Positions 63,308 to 64,000 of a stretch of DNA of 64,000 nucleotides are shown piece after piece. How positions within the stretch are numbered: position 1 is the first letter of the stretch; every line of letters starts with the position of its first letter. Made by a program: the position numbers and the translations under genes. The DNA lies in assembly GCF_001194135.2 (NCBI RefSeq), contig NC_069001.1, forward strand, positions 24,385,623 through 24,449,622, written 5' to 3'. Source of the stretch: Octopus bimaculoides. Taxonomy: Eukaryota. Below the pieces are notes generated by a model that saw only the letters and a list, made by a program, of their open reading frames with translations, was not told where the DNA came from and did not search any database.

Positions 63308-64000
63308 TAGATCCGTTACACGTCACACAAGAGGGAGTCACGATTATAGTTTATGTATACAATCATCTAAAAAAGTGCTGTTTACTGTGATTATCAGAGG
63401 TCCACACACACACACACACATTGCAAATTTTTCACTTTCATTGTGAGCACCTATTTATATGTATATCTATCTATCTGTCTGTTTGTCTGTCTGTCTGTCT
63501 GTATGTATGTATGTAAGCACGCATGTGTAAATGTATACGCATACCCTTGCATAAAATGCATGCGTGTGTGTGTGTGCATGCATCATTCTACGGTTAGTTT
63601 GTAATATTCCTAAGGTCAACATTGACTCTTTCGTGACAGTTACATTCTTTAAACAATTCAACTCTTAACCAAATTAAATGTGGTTAAGTTCATTGAAAAG
63701 GATCAATGCTTCACTGTATTTTGATAAGTACTGGTAGAAAGTTGGTTGGGTAAACAGAGGATAATGATGAAATATGTGATAGATAGAAATTTTTAGCAGT
63801 GCAGTTTAATCATTTTTTTTATTAAGTTTACCTAAATTGCACTTAAGTAAATATCTTCAATGCAGAAAACTATTTTTGTAAATCGGGTTAAGATCAATGT
63901 AGAAGACAAAACTTATGAATTAAAAAGTGATCTGATTTAAATAAGAGGAAGGTCTTAATTCATTTACAATCATGTCTGTTAGCATAAAAATAACAAAGAC

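Overview
AT-rich eukaryotic genomic DNA with many assembly gaps. It is almost certainly a coleoid cephalopod, Octopus-like; this is inferred from the dense tRNA-headed SINE families and the microsatellite load, not from any search. I found no intact, recognisable protein-coding gene, tRNA, rRNA or CRISPR array, and nearly all listed ORFs are microsatellite or N-gap artefacts. The window is intergenic or intronic. Decayed retroelements: five R4/Dong-type (RLE) non-LTR fragments, four of them bounded by (TAA)n tracts; an RTE LINE; a CR1/L2-like RT; a probable CRE-like 3' end; and Penelope-like (GIY-YIG) remnants. Dozens of SINE copies from at least 4 families are present. DNA transposon relics include an internally deleted mariner, a perfect-TIR Tc1/mariner MITE, a piggyBac-like MITE and a possible Helitron-like element. 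Most notable: (1) two apparently intact minimal type I hammerhead ribozyme motifs (19760-19804, 43560-43602), the second followed by ~200 nt of densely structured sequence; (2) a ~535-bp non-tRNA, TAA-embedded element lying directly upstream of a Dong fragment at two loci; (3) minisatellites arising from inside an RTE ORF (29 bp) and inside a SINE (72 bp); (4) a ~320-bp foldback; (5) a 146-bp direct repeat with hairpin+CTAG ends. These are mostly new instances of known classes. I see no firm evidence of a wholly new biological system.
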